A DNA stretch of 64,000 bases from a virus (taxonomy: Duplodnaviria; Heunggongvirae; Uroviricota; Caudoviricetes). Below are positions 47,604-57,278 of this stretch, in pieces (within the stretch, counting starts at the first letter, position 1; every line of letters starts with the position of its first letter). The translations under genes and the position numbers were made by a program. The stretch lies in IMG/VR virus record IMGVR_UViG_3300009502_000023, positions 37,731 to 101,730 of that record; one strand, 5' to 3'. The notes beneath the pieces were generated by a model. The model was not told the DNA's origin. It saw nothing but the letters and a program-made list of their open reading frames with translations, and ran no database searches.

Positions 47604-48845
47604 GTGAGTGAGTTTGAATTAAGTCCAGATCAAAAATCTGCAATCGATACTCTGATGAGTTGGAGAGAAAAACCAGAAGATGGATTTATTACGTTTGGTG
47701 GATATGCCGGGTGTGGTAAGACAACAATCTTATCACATCTTCGTATGTTGCTTCCAACAAATATTAGAATCGCATTTTGTGCATACACCGGCAAGGCTGC
47801 TAGTGTATTAAAATCTAAATTAATTAAATGCGGCATCAATAATTTTCCAAACGATAGTATCAGTACCATCCATTCATTGATCTATGAACCACCGACAGAT
47901 GATGAGAATAATCCTGATCCCGAATTACGATGGATTCTTAAAGAACAGTTAGATTGTGATCTTATAATCGTAGATGAAGCTAGTATGGTTTCTGAAGTAA
48001 TCTATGAGCATTTAATGTCTTTCAATATTCCGATCATCTTTGCTGGTGATCATGGACAATTACCACCTATCGAAGGTACTTTGAATTTAATGGCAAACCC
48101 ATATATTAAACTGGAAAAGGTTCATAGATTTGCTGAACAGAATCCACTAACAAAGATTTCATTACTTGCTAGATTAGAGGGTTATATTCCCCACGGCAAG
48201 TATGGTGATTTTGTTACTAAGGTTCCAAAGAAACATTCTATGGTTACTGACTTCATAAATAATTGTGGTAATTTTGATAGTACTGCAATACTATGCGGAT
48301 TTAATAAGACCAGAGTTGAATTAAATCAAAAGATAAGAACCTGGACAAAACGAGAAGGAAAGATTCCTCTTCCCGGTGAACGAGTTATTTGTCTAAGAAA
48401 TAATGCTAACGCTTCTAGATGTCCAATCTACAACGGTGTTGGTGGAACCATTTTAGAAATTTCTAATCGAACAGATTTCTTACATTCTAAGATATCTATC
48501 GATGGAGAAGATAAAAACTATATTGGAAAAATCTCAAAGAATATCTTTAATAATCCAAATCCTGATATGAGTTCAGAATGGATTATGGAAGAGCCGGAAG
48601 ATGACGATGTAGATAATATTCAAAGATTTTTTAAGCAAAATCAATACTCGAAGAAACCAAGAAGGAAATATCTTGATTGCTTTGATTTTGGTTATTGCAT
48701 GACGGTTCATAAAAGTCAAGGTTCTGAATGGGATAGGGTGATGCTAATTGAGCAACCTTGTCAACATTGGTCTGGTGAGTTATGGAACAGATGGCTCTAT
48801 ACTGCTGTGACCAGATCTAAATCGGAACTTCTAATCGTGAGGTAA
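47604..48845 (+). CDS. Dda/RecD-like superfamily-1 DNA helicase
   Basis: Walker A GGYAGCGKTT, Walker B IIVDEASMV, motif V/VI CMTVHKSQGSEWDRV. Confidence 0.8.
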   Translation: MSEFELSPDQKSAIDTLMSWREKPEDGFITFGGYAGCGKTTILSHLRMLLPTNIRIAFCAYTGKAASVLKSKLIKCGINNFPNDSISTIHSLIYEPPTDDENNPDPELRWILKEQLDCDLIIVDEASMVSEVIYEHLMSFNIPIIFAGDHGQLPPIEGTLNLMANPYIKLEKVHRFAEQNPLTKISLLARLEGYIPHGKYGDFVTKVPKKHSMVTDFINNCGNFDSTAILCGFNKTRVELNQKIRTWTKREGKIPLPGERVICLRNNANASRCPIYNGVGGTILEISNRTDFLHSKISIDGEDKNYIGKISKNIFNNPNPDMSSEWIMEEPEDDDVDNIQRFFKQNQYSKKPRRKYLDCFDFGYCMTVHKSQGSEWDRVMLIEQPCQHWSGELWNRWLYTAVTRSKSELLIVR

Positions 48846-48848
48846 AGT

Positions 48849-49445
48849 GTGAAAGTTGAAATTCTAACTCATAATATCTATCCGGATCCTATGGTTATCC
48901 ATTGTAAGGAAATGTATCCCGACTGGAAAATCATAGAACACAACACTGCTGATTTTAAAAGATTAATTAAGAAATTGATTAAAGAAAGAAACATTTTACT
49001 TAAAATGTATATTGTTCAATTTAGGATTACATGTCCTATTTTTGTATACTATCAGATTAAAGAACTTGTTCCATCTTGGTCTACCGATGTAATTCTTACA
49101 ACACCCGATAACATAATATTTGAATCTTCTGATACTCTTAGTTCGATCGAAGAGACTAACTTAGTTTGTTTATTTAGAAAGATTCAAGTCTATATTAAAG
49201 ATATGAAACCAGAGAAAGTAAAATACTTTTTACCTTTATCTAGTAGTGTTAAAGTTTCACTTTCTTTAGACATTCTTCAAATATACAGTTTGTTATCCAA
49301 ACTAATGCAAATAGAAGAAGATAAGAAAATTAAAGAACTTGTAATTCTTTTACAAAACCGTCTTTTCGAAAATAATAGTTTGATCTTTAATGATCAATTA
49401 CTTTCTGTGTTTGGTGTTGATAAGGAACAGCCATGTTTGAAATAA
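48849..49445 (+). CDS. hypothetical protein
   Basis: ORF 198 aa. Confidence 0.45.
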   Translation: MKVEILTHNIYPDPMVIHCKEMYPDWKIIEHNTADFKRLIKKLIKERNILLKMYIVQFRITCPIFVYYQIKELVPSWSTDVILTTPDNIIFESSDTLSSIEETNLVCLFRKIQVYIKDMKPEKVKYFLPLSSSVKVSLSLDILQIYSLLSKLMQIEEDKKIKELVILLQNRLFENNSLIFNDQLLSVFGVDKEQPCLK

Positions 49446-50308
49446 AATTCGATGCTGTCAATGAAAAGATCCTTGTAGATTATTTGCGTTTGATGATTAT
49501 TGATAATCCGACTATTTTGAACAACATTGTGGAACCAGCGGTCAACGGATTGATTAGCGATACTAATGTTCCCCAAGTAATTAAAAATAAGATTAGTGAG
49601 GGTTTTCCACAATCTGATATAAAAAATCTATTTACAGCAACTATGAGTGATTTTATCACTGAATTGTTTGAGCATGATTATGGTGATCAATATATTAATG
49701 AGATGATTAATCGTCATTTTGAAACTGATGAAATTAAACAAAATATTGATAGACAAATTGGTGGTGCTATTGATTCTATAAATACTGAAGCACTAGTAGA
49801 AACAGCAATTACAGAACATGTTAACGGTATGGATATCGACGATGGTCTTACTGAATCTGTTCAAGAAGCTGTTGATGAAGAAGTCGAACAAGTAGTTAAC
49901 ATGCGGAATTCTGAATTTGTTCGGGTGGTTGAATCCAGTATTTCTGAAATGCTCGAAGAACCACAGATTCAAGAAAATATTACTAATGCGGTTGATGAAA
50001 AATTAACTGATATATTGATAGCTAAACTTGATAATACCACTATTATAACTGATACAATTTCTAATAAACTTAATCAAGTATTTACTCCTGAAGTAATTAG
50101 TACTATGATTAATGAACATTTAGTTAAGAATCATTTCATCATTCAACAAATAATTACTGAACATGGAAAAGAGAAAAAGATTGAACCACAAAATGAATTC
50201 GATGTAATTGAAATTAAAGTATTTAAGGATCAAACCGAAAAAGTTATGTGGTTATTGAATTGTTTAGATAAAGAAATTTTCTCAGTTAAACAAGCAGGAG
50301 CAGAATAA
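49433..50308 (+). CDS. hypothetical highly acidic protein
   Basis: ORF 291 aa. Confidence 0.45.
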   Translation: MFEIKFDAVNEKILVDYLRLMIIDNPTILNNIVEPAVNGLISDTNVPQVIKNKISEGFPQSDIKNLFTATMSDFITELFEHDYGDQYINEMINRHFETDEIKQNIDRQIGGAIDSINTEALVETAITEHVNGMDIDDGLTESVQEAVDEEVEQVVNMRNSEFVRVVESSISEMLEEPQIQENITNAVDEKLTDILIAKLDNTTIITDTISNKLNQVFTPEVISTMINEHLVKNHFIIQQIITEHGKEKKIEPQNEFDVIEIKVFKDQTEKVMWLLNCLDKEIFSVKQAGAE

Positions 50309-50310
50309 CA

Positions 50311-51234
50311 ATGAACGAAGTAGTTACAACTGAAATTCAGAATCCCGCATTGGTTCGTTTGGTTGATGTTACTCAGAGTGTACGAGTTGTAGATATGAAT
50401 TATATCTTCAACTATACACGAGTAAAGAATCCTGATTCGGTCGACACGAATTATTTTGCATTACATTATAAGGAGCAACAGCAAGAAACTTGGTCTAGCT
50501 GTCGCAACTTGCTTTCTGATAAGTTTACTGCAGCAAAGACTGATATGGTTATTGCTCAGATTCGAGAGAGTCTTGGCGGAGATGTTCAGAGTGAACGTCA
50601 CTATCGTAGTGATACATCTGTTCGGAGTACATTCACACTGAGTGGGTTCCAGATTGATGTTACTGATGAACCGGATATTGATCTTGTGTTGTTTAAGTTG
50701 ATTACGAATATCAGTGCTGAAGTTAGTGTGTTGACGTCATCTAATCTAACTTTTAATTTAACGAATGGTTTTTCTGGTAATCATGCTCTCCAGTTGGGAT
50801 TTGGTGTGTTGAAAACTATCCGAAACAATAATACAGATAATAACAGAGTTGTGCCTATTAATAATATCTTTATTTTGAATAAGCACACGATTCGTCTTAT
50901 TCATGATAATAGACTGAGTATTACAATTGCTGATGTTACAAATATACAGAACCAGATTGTAACCCAAATTAATAACTTCAAACGAGTTCCTTTTACATCG
51001 ATGTCTAATGATGACTTGTTGAAGATTGTTCCTAAGAAATTCGGAAAGAAGTTTTCTGTTCTGTATGAGGTTCTTCCTGAAAATCTTCGAAGTTATTATT
51101 ATGTATCATATCTTCTTTCTTTTCTTTTAGATGAAGAAAAGAAAATCGATCTTGAAATTAAATTAAGAGAATATATTACTAGAAAGATTGATATTCTTAT
51201 TCGGCATATTGATTCTGGTTCTGTTCCTGTTTAA
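50311..51234 (+). CDS. hypothetical protein
   Basis: ORF 307 aa. Confidence 0.45.
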   Translation: MNEVVTTEIQNPALVRLVDVTQSVRVVDMNYIFNYTRVKNPDSVDTNYFALHYKEQQQETWSSCRNLLSDKFTAAKTDMVIAQIRESLGGDVQSERHYRSDTSVRSTFTLSGFQIDVTDEPDIDLVLFKLITNISAEVSVLTSSNLTFNLTNGFSGNHALQLGFGVLKTIRNNNTDNNRVVPINNIFILNKHTIRLIHDNRLSITIADVTNIQNQIVTQINNFKRVPFTSMSNDDLLKIVPKKFGKKFSVLYEVLPENLRSYYYVSYLLSFLLDEEKKIDLEIKLREYITRKIDILIRHIDSGSVPV

Positions 51235-51243
51235 ACAATTCAT

Positions 51244-51278
51244 AAAAAAAGAACTAACGAAAGTTAGTTCTTTTTTTG
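51244..51278. terminator. bidirectional-type rho-independent terminator
   Basis: AAAAAAAGAACTAAC-GAAA-GTTAGTTCTTTTTTT. Confidence 0.55.
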
Positions 51279-51289
51279 CCGAAAAATCT

Positions 51290-51309
51290 TATGAATAAAT
51301 TATAAAGTT
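51290..51309 (+). promoter_or_regulatory. second copy of conserved 20-nt element TATGAATAAATTATAAAGTT
   Basis: identical to 29992-30011. Confidence 0.35.
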
Positions 51310-51332
51310 GGAAATTTGGAAAGGATGCCAAT

Positions 51333-51464
51333 ATGAAAAGTTTTATGATTAATGATGAAGATTTACATACTCAATTAAAACTTCTTGCTGCTAAATCTAA
51401 GAAAAGTATAATCGAACTATTAGAAGAAGCTATAAAACTTGTGTTGGAGAAATATCATGAATAG
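51333..51464 (+). CDS. small ribbon-helix-helix-like protein (43 aa, not in ORF track)
   Basis: MKSFMINDEDLHTQLKLLAAKSKKSIIELLEEAIKLV; paralog of 30032 ORF. Confidence 0.45.
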   Translation: MKSFMINDEDLHTQLKLLAAKSKKSIIELLEEAIKLVLEKYHE

Positions 51465-52176
51465 ACTTTGTGAATGCGGGTGTGGAAAAGAAGTTACTAA
51501 TGAAATAAATCGATTTATTTTTGGTCATGCTAATAGAGGCAAAACATTTATGATAGATGAAAAAACAAGACAAAAAATGTCAGAATCCCATACTGGTAAC
51601 AGACACTCAGCAGAAACAAAACAAAAGATGATAAATAATCATAGCCGACCACATCTTGGAAAAACACTTTCATCAGATACAATTAGTAAAATGTCTAAAT
51701 CTCATACTGGTAAGTATCATTCAAATGAAACTAGATTAAAAATGTCTATTAATAATGGAATGAAAGGAAAGAAACATACATTCGAAACAAGAATTAAGAT
51801 GAGTCTTGGCACAATAAAATATCTTGAAAATAATCATTATGGACCAAGACGAGGAAGAAATGAAAATCAAATTATTAATCAACTTCAAAAAGAAACCAAA
51901 ATAAATCTATTACAAAATGATTTTTCGATAGCGCATAAAATATCAAAATTTGCAGATGCTTATTCTCCTAAATATAATCTTGTTATAGAAGTATTAGAAC
52001 AAAGACATTTTGTTGGTGGAAAATTAACAGATTATGATAATGAAAGAGAATTAATTATATCTTCTAGATTGGGTTGTATGATATATTATATCATTGAACA
52101 GAAGTTTCTTTCTAACTCAGAAGAAGAAATTCAAAGATTTAAAAACTTTTTAACTGTATTGGATGAGAACAAATAA
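51457..52176 (+). CDS. homing-endonuclease-like protein, variant subfamily (start probably ATG 51457, MNRLCECGCGKEV)
   Basis: Zn-ribbon, NUMOD3 repeats (HSAETKQKMI, HSNETRLKMS); C-term LGCMIYYIIEQKF..IQRFKNFLTVLDE sister to 30186 gene. Confidence 0.55.
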   Translation: MNRLCECGCGKEVTNEINRFIFGHANRGKTFMIDEKTRQKMSESHTGNRHSAETKQKMINNHSRPHLGKTLSSDTISKMSKSHTGKYHSNETRLKMSINNGMKGKKHTFETRIKMSLGTIKYLENNHYGPRRGRNENQIINQLQKETKINLLQNDFSIAHKISKFADAYSPKYNLVIEVLEQRHFVGGKLTDYDNERELIISSRLGCMIYYIIEQKFLSNSEEEIQRFKNFLTVLDENK

Positions 52177-52201
52177 ATATAGTATTTAAGGAGTTTATTT
52201 C

Positions 52202-53533
52202 ATGGTAAATACCAAAGGCACGAATACTCATTTTGATATTGAATTTCAGGGCGATAATGATAAAATAAGTCAATCTTTAACTAATCATTATTCGACTATC
52301 AGAATTATCAATTCTGTTAAATCTATCTGGCCGGTTTTTCAACTTTACTTTATATGTGATAATCAATTATTTATTGAACAGAATATTTATGGCACAACAG
52401 ATATTACTTGTAAAATTTGGTATACCGGTCATGATGGGGAGAGACGTGGATCACCGGTTGAATATAAACTGATCATACTTGAATCTAAAATTGATCTTCC
52501 CGCTAAAGATCAAAAACCCGGAACGATAACTAGTCAGCAAGAACAACAAAGAATTCTTATAATGGTAACTTGCTTAGCTAAACCGGCGTATGAAGCAATG
52601 ACTCAATTTGTAAATAAGTTATGGGAAGATCCAGATGGATTAACAGGTACACAAAAAACACCTCTAGATATAGTCAAAGAAATATTAACTGATAATAATA
52701 TAGAATCTAGAATTTTTGATAATGGAAAGAATACAGATACTATTCAACAAATGATTATACCACCAATGACAGTTAGATCCGCGGTTGATTATATTAATCA
52801 AAACTATGGAATATTTTCTGGACCAGTTTTTAGATATGCAAATTATTCTGGTCAATTTTTATTATGGGATTTGAGTCAAATGTATTCACACCATAAAGAT
52901 TGTCCTTGGGTTAAGATGCACAAGTCTCCATCTCATTTTGATGATCCAACTACCTTTGATGAAATAAACAAACTAGCATCAAATACAACTGACGAATTTA
53001 TTATTTATGATTCTACAGAATCTATTCATCATTCGAATGCGAATCTTATTCGTTATGGATACGATAATATTTATATTTTTCATCCACATGAAGATATTGC
53101 TGTATTTCAAAAAAGAAATTTAGATGAGATTATTACTGATTATGGAATGTGGCACAAATCAGATCAAATGAAATATCATCCTGATTTAAGAAATCGTAAA
53201 ATGTATTATACCGATATGGTTGGGCATGAAATTGGTTCTGGATATGATGGTGAATATAATGATAATGTACTGACTCAAGACATGGCAACTAATTTTCAGA
53301 ATACTGCTGCAGTAAGAATACAACTATACAGAAATATAAAATTTCATCTGCTCCAAAAGGTTGGAGAAGTTTTATTTCTAGAACCATATTCTGAACATGA
53401 AAAATTTAGAGGAAGTAACTATCGAGGCGGTTATTTAATTTCAGACAGTGAGATTGTTTTTACAAGAGACAATGATAATATTATTTGTACCGCCACGCTG
53501 ACTGCATACCGGACATCACAAAGTTATGACTAA
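52202..53533 (+). CDS. hypothetical protein (possibly virion/structural)
   Basis: ORF 443 aa with AAGGAG RBS. Confidence 0.5.
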   Translation: MVNTKGTNTHFDIEFQGDNDKISQSLTNHYSTIRIINSVKSIWPVFQLYFICDNQLFIEQNIYGTTDITCKIWYTGHDGERRGSPVEYKLIILESKIDLPAKDQKPGTITSQQEQQRILIMVTCLAKPAYEAMTQFVNKLWEDPDGLTGTQKTPLDIVKEILTDNNIESRIFDNGKNTDTIQQMIIPPMTVRSAVDYINQNYGIFSGPVFRYANYSGQFLLWDLSQMYSHHKDCPWVKMHKSPSHFDDPTTFDEINKLASNTTDEFIIYDSTESIHHSNANLIRYGYDNIYIFHPHEDIAVFQKRNLDEIITDYGMWHKSDQMKYHPDLRNRKMYYTDMVGHEIGSGYDGEYNDNVLTQDMATNFQNTAAVRIQLYRNIKFHLLQKVGEVLFLEPYSEHEKFRGSNYRGGYLISDSEIVFTRDNDNIICTATLTAYRTSQSYD

Positions 53534-54542
53534 ATATAGTATGTGTAAATGTGGTTGTGGTAGAGAAGTAACTAATGAGAAGAATAAGTTTTTAAACGGG
53601 CATTGTTGGCGAGGAAAAAAATTATCAAAAGAACACAAAGAACAAATTTCTAAAACACATAATTTAGAAGAAGTTAAAGAAAAAACCAAACAAACATGTT
53701 TGAATAAATTTGGCGAGATTACTAATCTGGTATGTAGAGAAACTAAAGATAAAATTAAACAAACATGTTTAGAAAAATATGGAGTTGAAAGTTCAAATCA
53801 ATCAGAAGAAATTAAAGAAAAAAAGAAACACGCATGTTTAGAAAAATACGGTGTAGAATACCCATTGCAATCTAAAGAAATTCATGATAAATTTAAATAC
53901 ACAATGATAGAAAAATATGGAGTTGAATATACTTTACAATCAGAAGAATTAAAAGAAAAAATTAAACAAACATGTTTAGATGTTTATGGGGCTGAAGATC
54001 CAAACCAGTTAGAAGAAATCAAAGAAAAAATTAAACAAACATGTTTAAAACATTTTGGTGTCGAATGTCATTTACAATCAGAAAAAATAAAAGATCAAAT
54101 TAAACAAACATGTTTAGAAAAATATGGTGTTGATAACTATTCTAAAACATTTGAATTTAGAAAATTTGCAAGAGAACAAATGATTTCTTTTGTTGAATCC
54201 GGATTAAAAGATGGACAAGTTTTTTCACCAACAAAAGGTCGAAATGAAAAAGATTTTATATCAAAACTTCAATATGACGTATCTTATTTTATAGATAATG
54301 ATGCAAGAATTATTGGATATTTTCCAGATGGTTACATAAAAGAACTTAAGTTAGTTATTGAATTTGATGAACCGTGGCATAATAGAACATGGTCAAAGAA
54401 ACATGATATTCAGAAAGATGAAGATTATCAAAAAATAGGATTAAGAATATTTCGAGTTTCTGAACGAAACTGGATTGATAATAAAGAAAAAGTTATATCA
54501 GATTTTAAAATATTCATAAAGGAGATTTCAGAAAATGGCTAA
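53526..54542 (+). CDS. homing-endonuclease-like protein (Zn-ribbon + KQTCLEKYGVE repeats + FPDGYIKELK nuclease motif) abutting terminase gene
   Basis: MTKYSMCKCGCGREV; six K.KQTCL.KYGVE.P.QS repeats; overlaps terL start by 8 nt. Confidence 0.6.
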   Translation: MTKYSMCKCGCGREVTNEKNKFLNGHCWRGKKLSKEHKEQISKTHNLEEVKEKTKQTCLNKFGEITNLVCRETKDKIKQTCLEKYGVESSNQSEEIKEKKKHACLEKYGVEYPLQSKEIHDKFKYTMIEKYGVEYTLQSEELKEKIKQTCLDVYGAEDPNQLEEIKEKIKQTCLKHFGVECHLQSEKIKDQIKQTCLEKYGVDNYSKTFEFRKFAREQMISFVESGLKDGQVFSPTKGRNEKDFISKLQYDVSYFIDNDARIIGYFPDGYIKELKLVIEFDEPWHNRTWSKKHDIQKDEDYQKIGLRIFRVSERNWIDNKEKVISDFKIFIKEISENG

Positions 54543-56307
54543 ACAATTAACTCAACTTCAGCAGCAGCGTCTAACTGAATATTTTAAATGTAAAAATAAT
54601 CCAGTATACTTCATGGAGACATATATTAAGTTGGCTGCTGCTGGTGGTGATATTACAGTAAAACTATATGATAGACAGAAAGATTTTGTTGAAGATTTAA
54701 TTAACAAACACCATTTGGTAGCATGCAAATCAAGACAGACTGGTGTATCAACAATAGCACAGATGTATATTGTCCATACTATGTGTTTCTATAAGAATGT
54801 AACCGTTGGTATTGTTTCTAAATCTGGAAAAGAAAGTACTGACTTTTGTCGACACGTAATGAGTATGATTCATAGCTTACCAGAATGGATTAGACCCGGG
54901 TTTGTTAAAGATACTGAACAAACATTCATTCTTGATAATGGCTGCAAATTATATGCCGATCAAGTAAACGAATCTAATCCAGAAGGATTACTCCGCGGTA
55001 AATCGATGTGTATCTTAGTTGTAGATGAGGCGTCATTCATTCCAAAAATTGATGATGCATACACAAGTATTGCACCAACTCTATTTAAAGCACAAAAGAC
55101 AGCTAAAGAAAATGGTGTTCCTTATGGAACAATTGTTATCTCTACTCCTAATAAGACTGTAGGCAAAGGTAAATGGTATTATCAATTATGGACTAAAGCA
55201 ATTAATGGTGATTCTATCTTCCATCCATTTAAACTGCACTGGAAGATGATTAAAGAATTTGCTGATGATCCAGATTGGTATAAGACCCAGTGTCAGTTAT
55301 TAGAAAATATCCACTGGAAGATTGCTCAAGAATTAGACATGCAGTTTGTAGCATCCCAGAATTCATTCTTGCCCGCAGAAACAATCGAAGCGTTAAATGC
55401 ATGTCATACTGAACCAATAAGTAAAATTAAATTACTTGGTCATGATCTATATCAATTTGAAGAAGCTAAACGAGATAAATTCTATTTGATTGGAATTGAT
55501 ACAGCTTCAGCATCCGGTGCAGATAATAGTACGATTGTGGTATTTGACTATGAAACATTTACTCAAACTGCGGAATTTAGAAGTAAGCTTCGAGTTGATG
55601 AATTCTGTAAGATCATATCATTGGTTACTAGAATTTATCCCAACAATTTAATTGTGCCTGAAGCAAATTCTTATGGCAATCAAGTCTGTGAATACTTAAC
55701 TAAAAGTGGAACATTCTATAACATATATCAGAGTAAAATTAAAACAAACACCCACACCAACCAAACACACGCAACACCTATTAAAGCACGATTCAAATAT
55801 GGTTTGACAACAGGACCACAAAATAGACCACTGATGATCGATTCTCTTTATACATATGTTGTAGAGGATCCGGCAAGAATTAAATCAGAAAGATTAGCAT
55901 TAGAATTACTTGGTCTGGTTGATAATGGTAATGGAAAGATCATGGCAGATGATGGAGAAAAGGATGACTTAGCATTAGCAACATCATTCTGTTCTTTTGT
56001 TAGAACATATGATCCACCATTAAATGTTTCAAGAGATATGCAAAACCAAACAGTATTAGAAGATATGGCTGAAGTATCCGGATGGAATGATGAAAAAGGA
56101 AGAGGAGCAACATCACCAGAGTTGGCTGATATAAGATCTTTAGATTCAACTGATAAAATAGAAGTTCTTGAACATACTAATAAGTTGATTAATAAGTATG
56201 TTAAATCAAACATGCTAAAACTTTTAGATACTAATACTAATGGTAATGTTATTGATATTTTACAAATGTTAGATCACCACAATGAAAAAAACCAGAAACC
56301 ATTCTGA
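54535..56307 (+). CDS. terL: terminase large subunit (T4 gp17-like)
   Basis: Walker A variant KSRQTGVST, Walker B ILVVDEASFI, RNaseH-like nuclease aspartates IGIDTASASGADNS. Confidence 0.8.
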   Translation: MAKQLTQLQQQRLTEYFKCKNNPVYFMETYIKLAAAGGDITVKLYDRQKDFVEDLINKHHLVACKSRQTGVSTIAQMYIVHTMCFYKNVTVGIVSKSGKESTDFCRHVMSMIHSLPEWIRPGFVKDTEQTFILDNGCKLYADQVNESNPEGLLRGKSMCILVVDEASFIPKIDDAYTSIAPTLFKAQKTAKENGVPYGTIVISTPNKTVGKGKWYYQLWTKAINGDSIFHPFKLHWKMIKEFADDPDWYKTQCQLLENIHWKIAQELDMQFVASQNSFLPAETIEALNACHTEPISKIKLLGHDLYQFEEAKRDKFYLIGIDTASASGADNSTIVVFDYETFTQTAEFRSKLRVDEFCKIISLVTRIYPNNLIVPEANSYGNQVCEYLTKSGTFYNIYQSKIKTNTHTNQTHATPIKARFKYGLTTGPQNRPLMIDSLYTYVVEDPARIKSERLALELLGLVDNGNGKIMADDGEKDDLALATSFCSFVRTYDPPLNVSRDMQNQTVLEDMAEVSGWNDEKGRGATSPELADIRSLDSTDKIEVLEHTNKLINKYVKSNMLKLLDTNTNGNVIDILQMLDHHNEKNQKPF

Positions 56308-56335
56308 ACAAAATTAAAATATATCAGGAGTTAAT

Positions 56336-57274
56336 ATGGATGATTTAAAACAGATAGTTATCAATAAATATCTGTTCCGTGCTCTTTCTTCAGCTGGTTA
56401 TGAACATGTGGGCGAAGTCGGAGAGAAATCAATTTATACAAATGATGAAATTAAAAGAAAGTTTATTGAAACGATTTCATCACAAGATACATTTAAACCA
56501 ATTTTAGATACTGTTATCAAATTAATTGAATTAGATATTGTTGTTCCTACCAATATAAAACATGGATTGTTAGATAAGATTATATATTTGTTTTCTAGAA
56601 ATAAGAAACGATTTGCGCAATCAAATTTTTCAATGGCATTTTTTGACCGTGAATCAGGTAAAATCTTTTGCTTGGTTGAAAATATTGATAGTATAGATTA
56701 TTGGAATAAATCTGAATTATTATCTCTAATTCTTTTACATGAATTTCAGCACATGACTGCAACTTTTTTTCCAACATCTTTTATTAGACTAAATAGTAAA
56801 TCATTGATTACTTATTATAAAAGATTTTATGAACTTTTTTTTAGAGTAGATGTTCCTGATAAGAATGTTTTTAAAATAGTTAACTGGGTTCATAATAAAT
56901 TAGAAACTACATCAGGAAGAGCAACACTCACAAGTAATTCTATAACAGAATATCATAATCTAATGTGGAATATGTTGAGACCTAGTTATACAAATGTTAG
57001 TCAACTAGAATTGGACTTACATAGATTTTTTAAAGTATTGATTATTTATCTTCATAGCTATACTGATTATGCGAGAGCTCTTGAATCTAGAGATATCGAT
57101 TGTATTTCTATTTACTTATCATTACGAGATGCATATAAAAGTTTAAAAATAATGAATCGGGTTGACTCATTATGTATACAAGAACTTTTAGCTCCGAGTG
57201 AAGTAATCTGTATCGAAAGTGAATACAATACTCAGAGTAGACATTTTAAGCTAATAACCCAGATTAAGAAGTAA
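56336..57274 (+). CDS. hypothetical protein
   Basis: ORF 312 aa. Confidence 0.5.
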   Translation: MDDLKQIVINKYLFRALSSAGYEHVGEVGEKSIYTNDEIKRKFIETISSQDTFKPILDTVIKLIELDIVVPTNIKHGLLDKIIYLFSRNKKRFAQSNFSMAFFDRESGKIFCLVENIDSIDYWNKSELLSLILLHEFQHMTATFFPTSFIRLNSKSLITYYKRFYELFFRVDVPDKNVFKIVNWVHNKLETTSGRATLTSNSITEYHNLMWNMLRPSYTNVSQLELDLHRFFKVLIIYLHSYTDYARALESRDIDCISIYLSLRDAYKSLKIMNRVDSLCIQELLAPSEVICIESEYNTQSRHFKLITQIKK

Positions 57275-57278
57275 AACC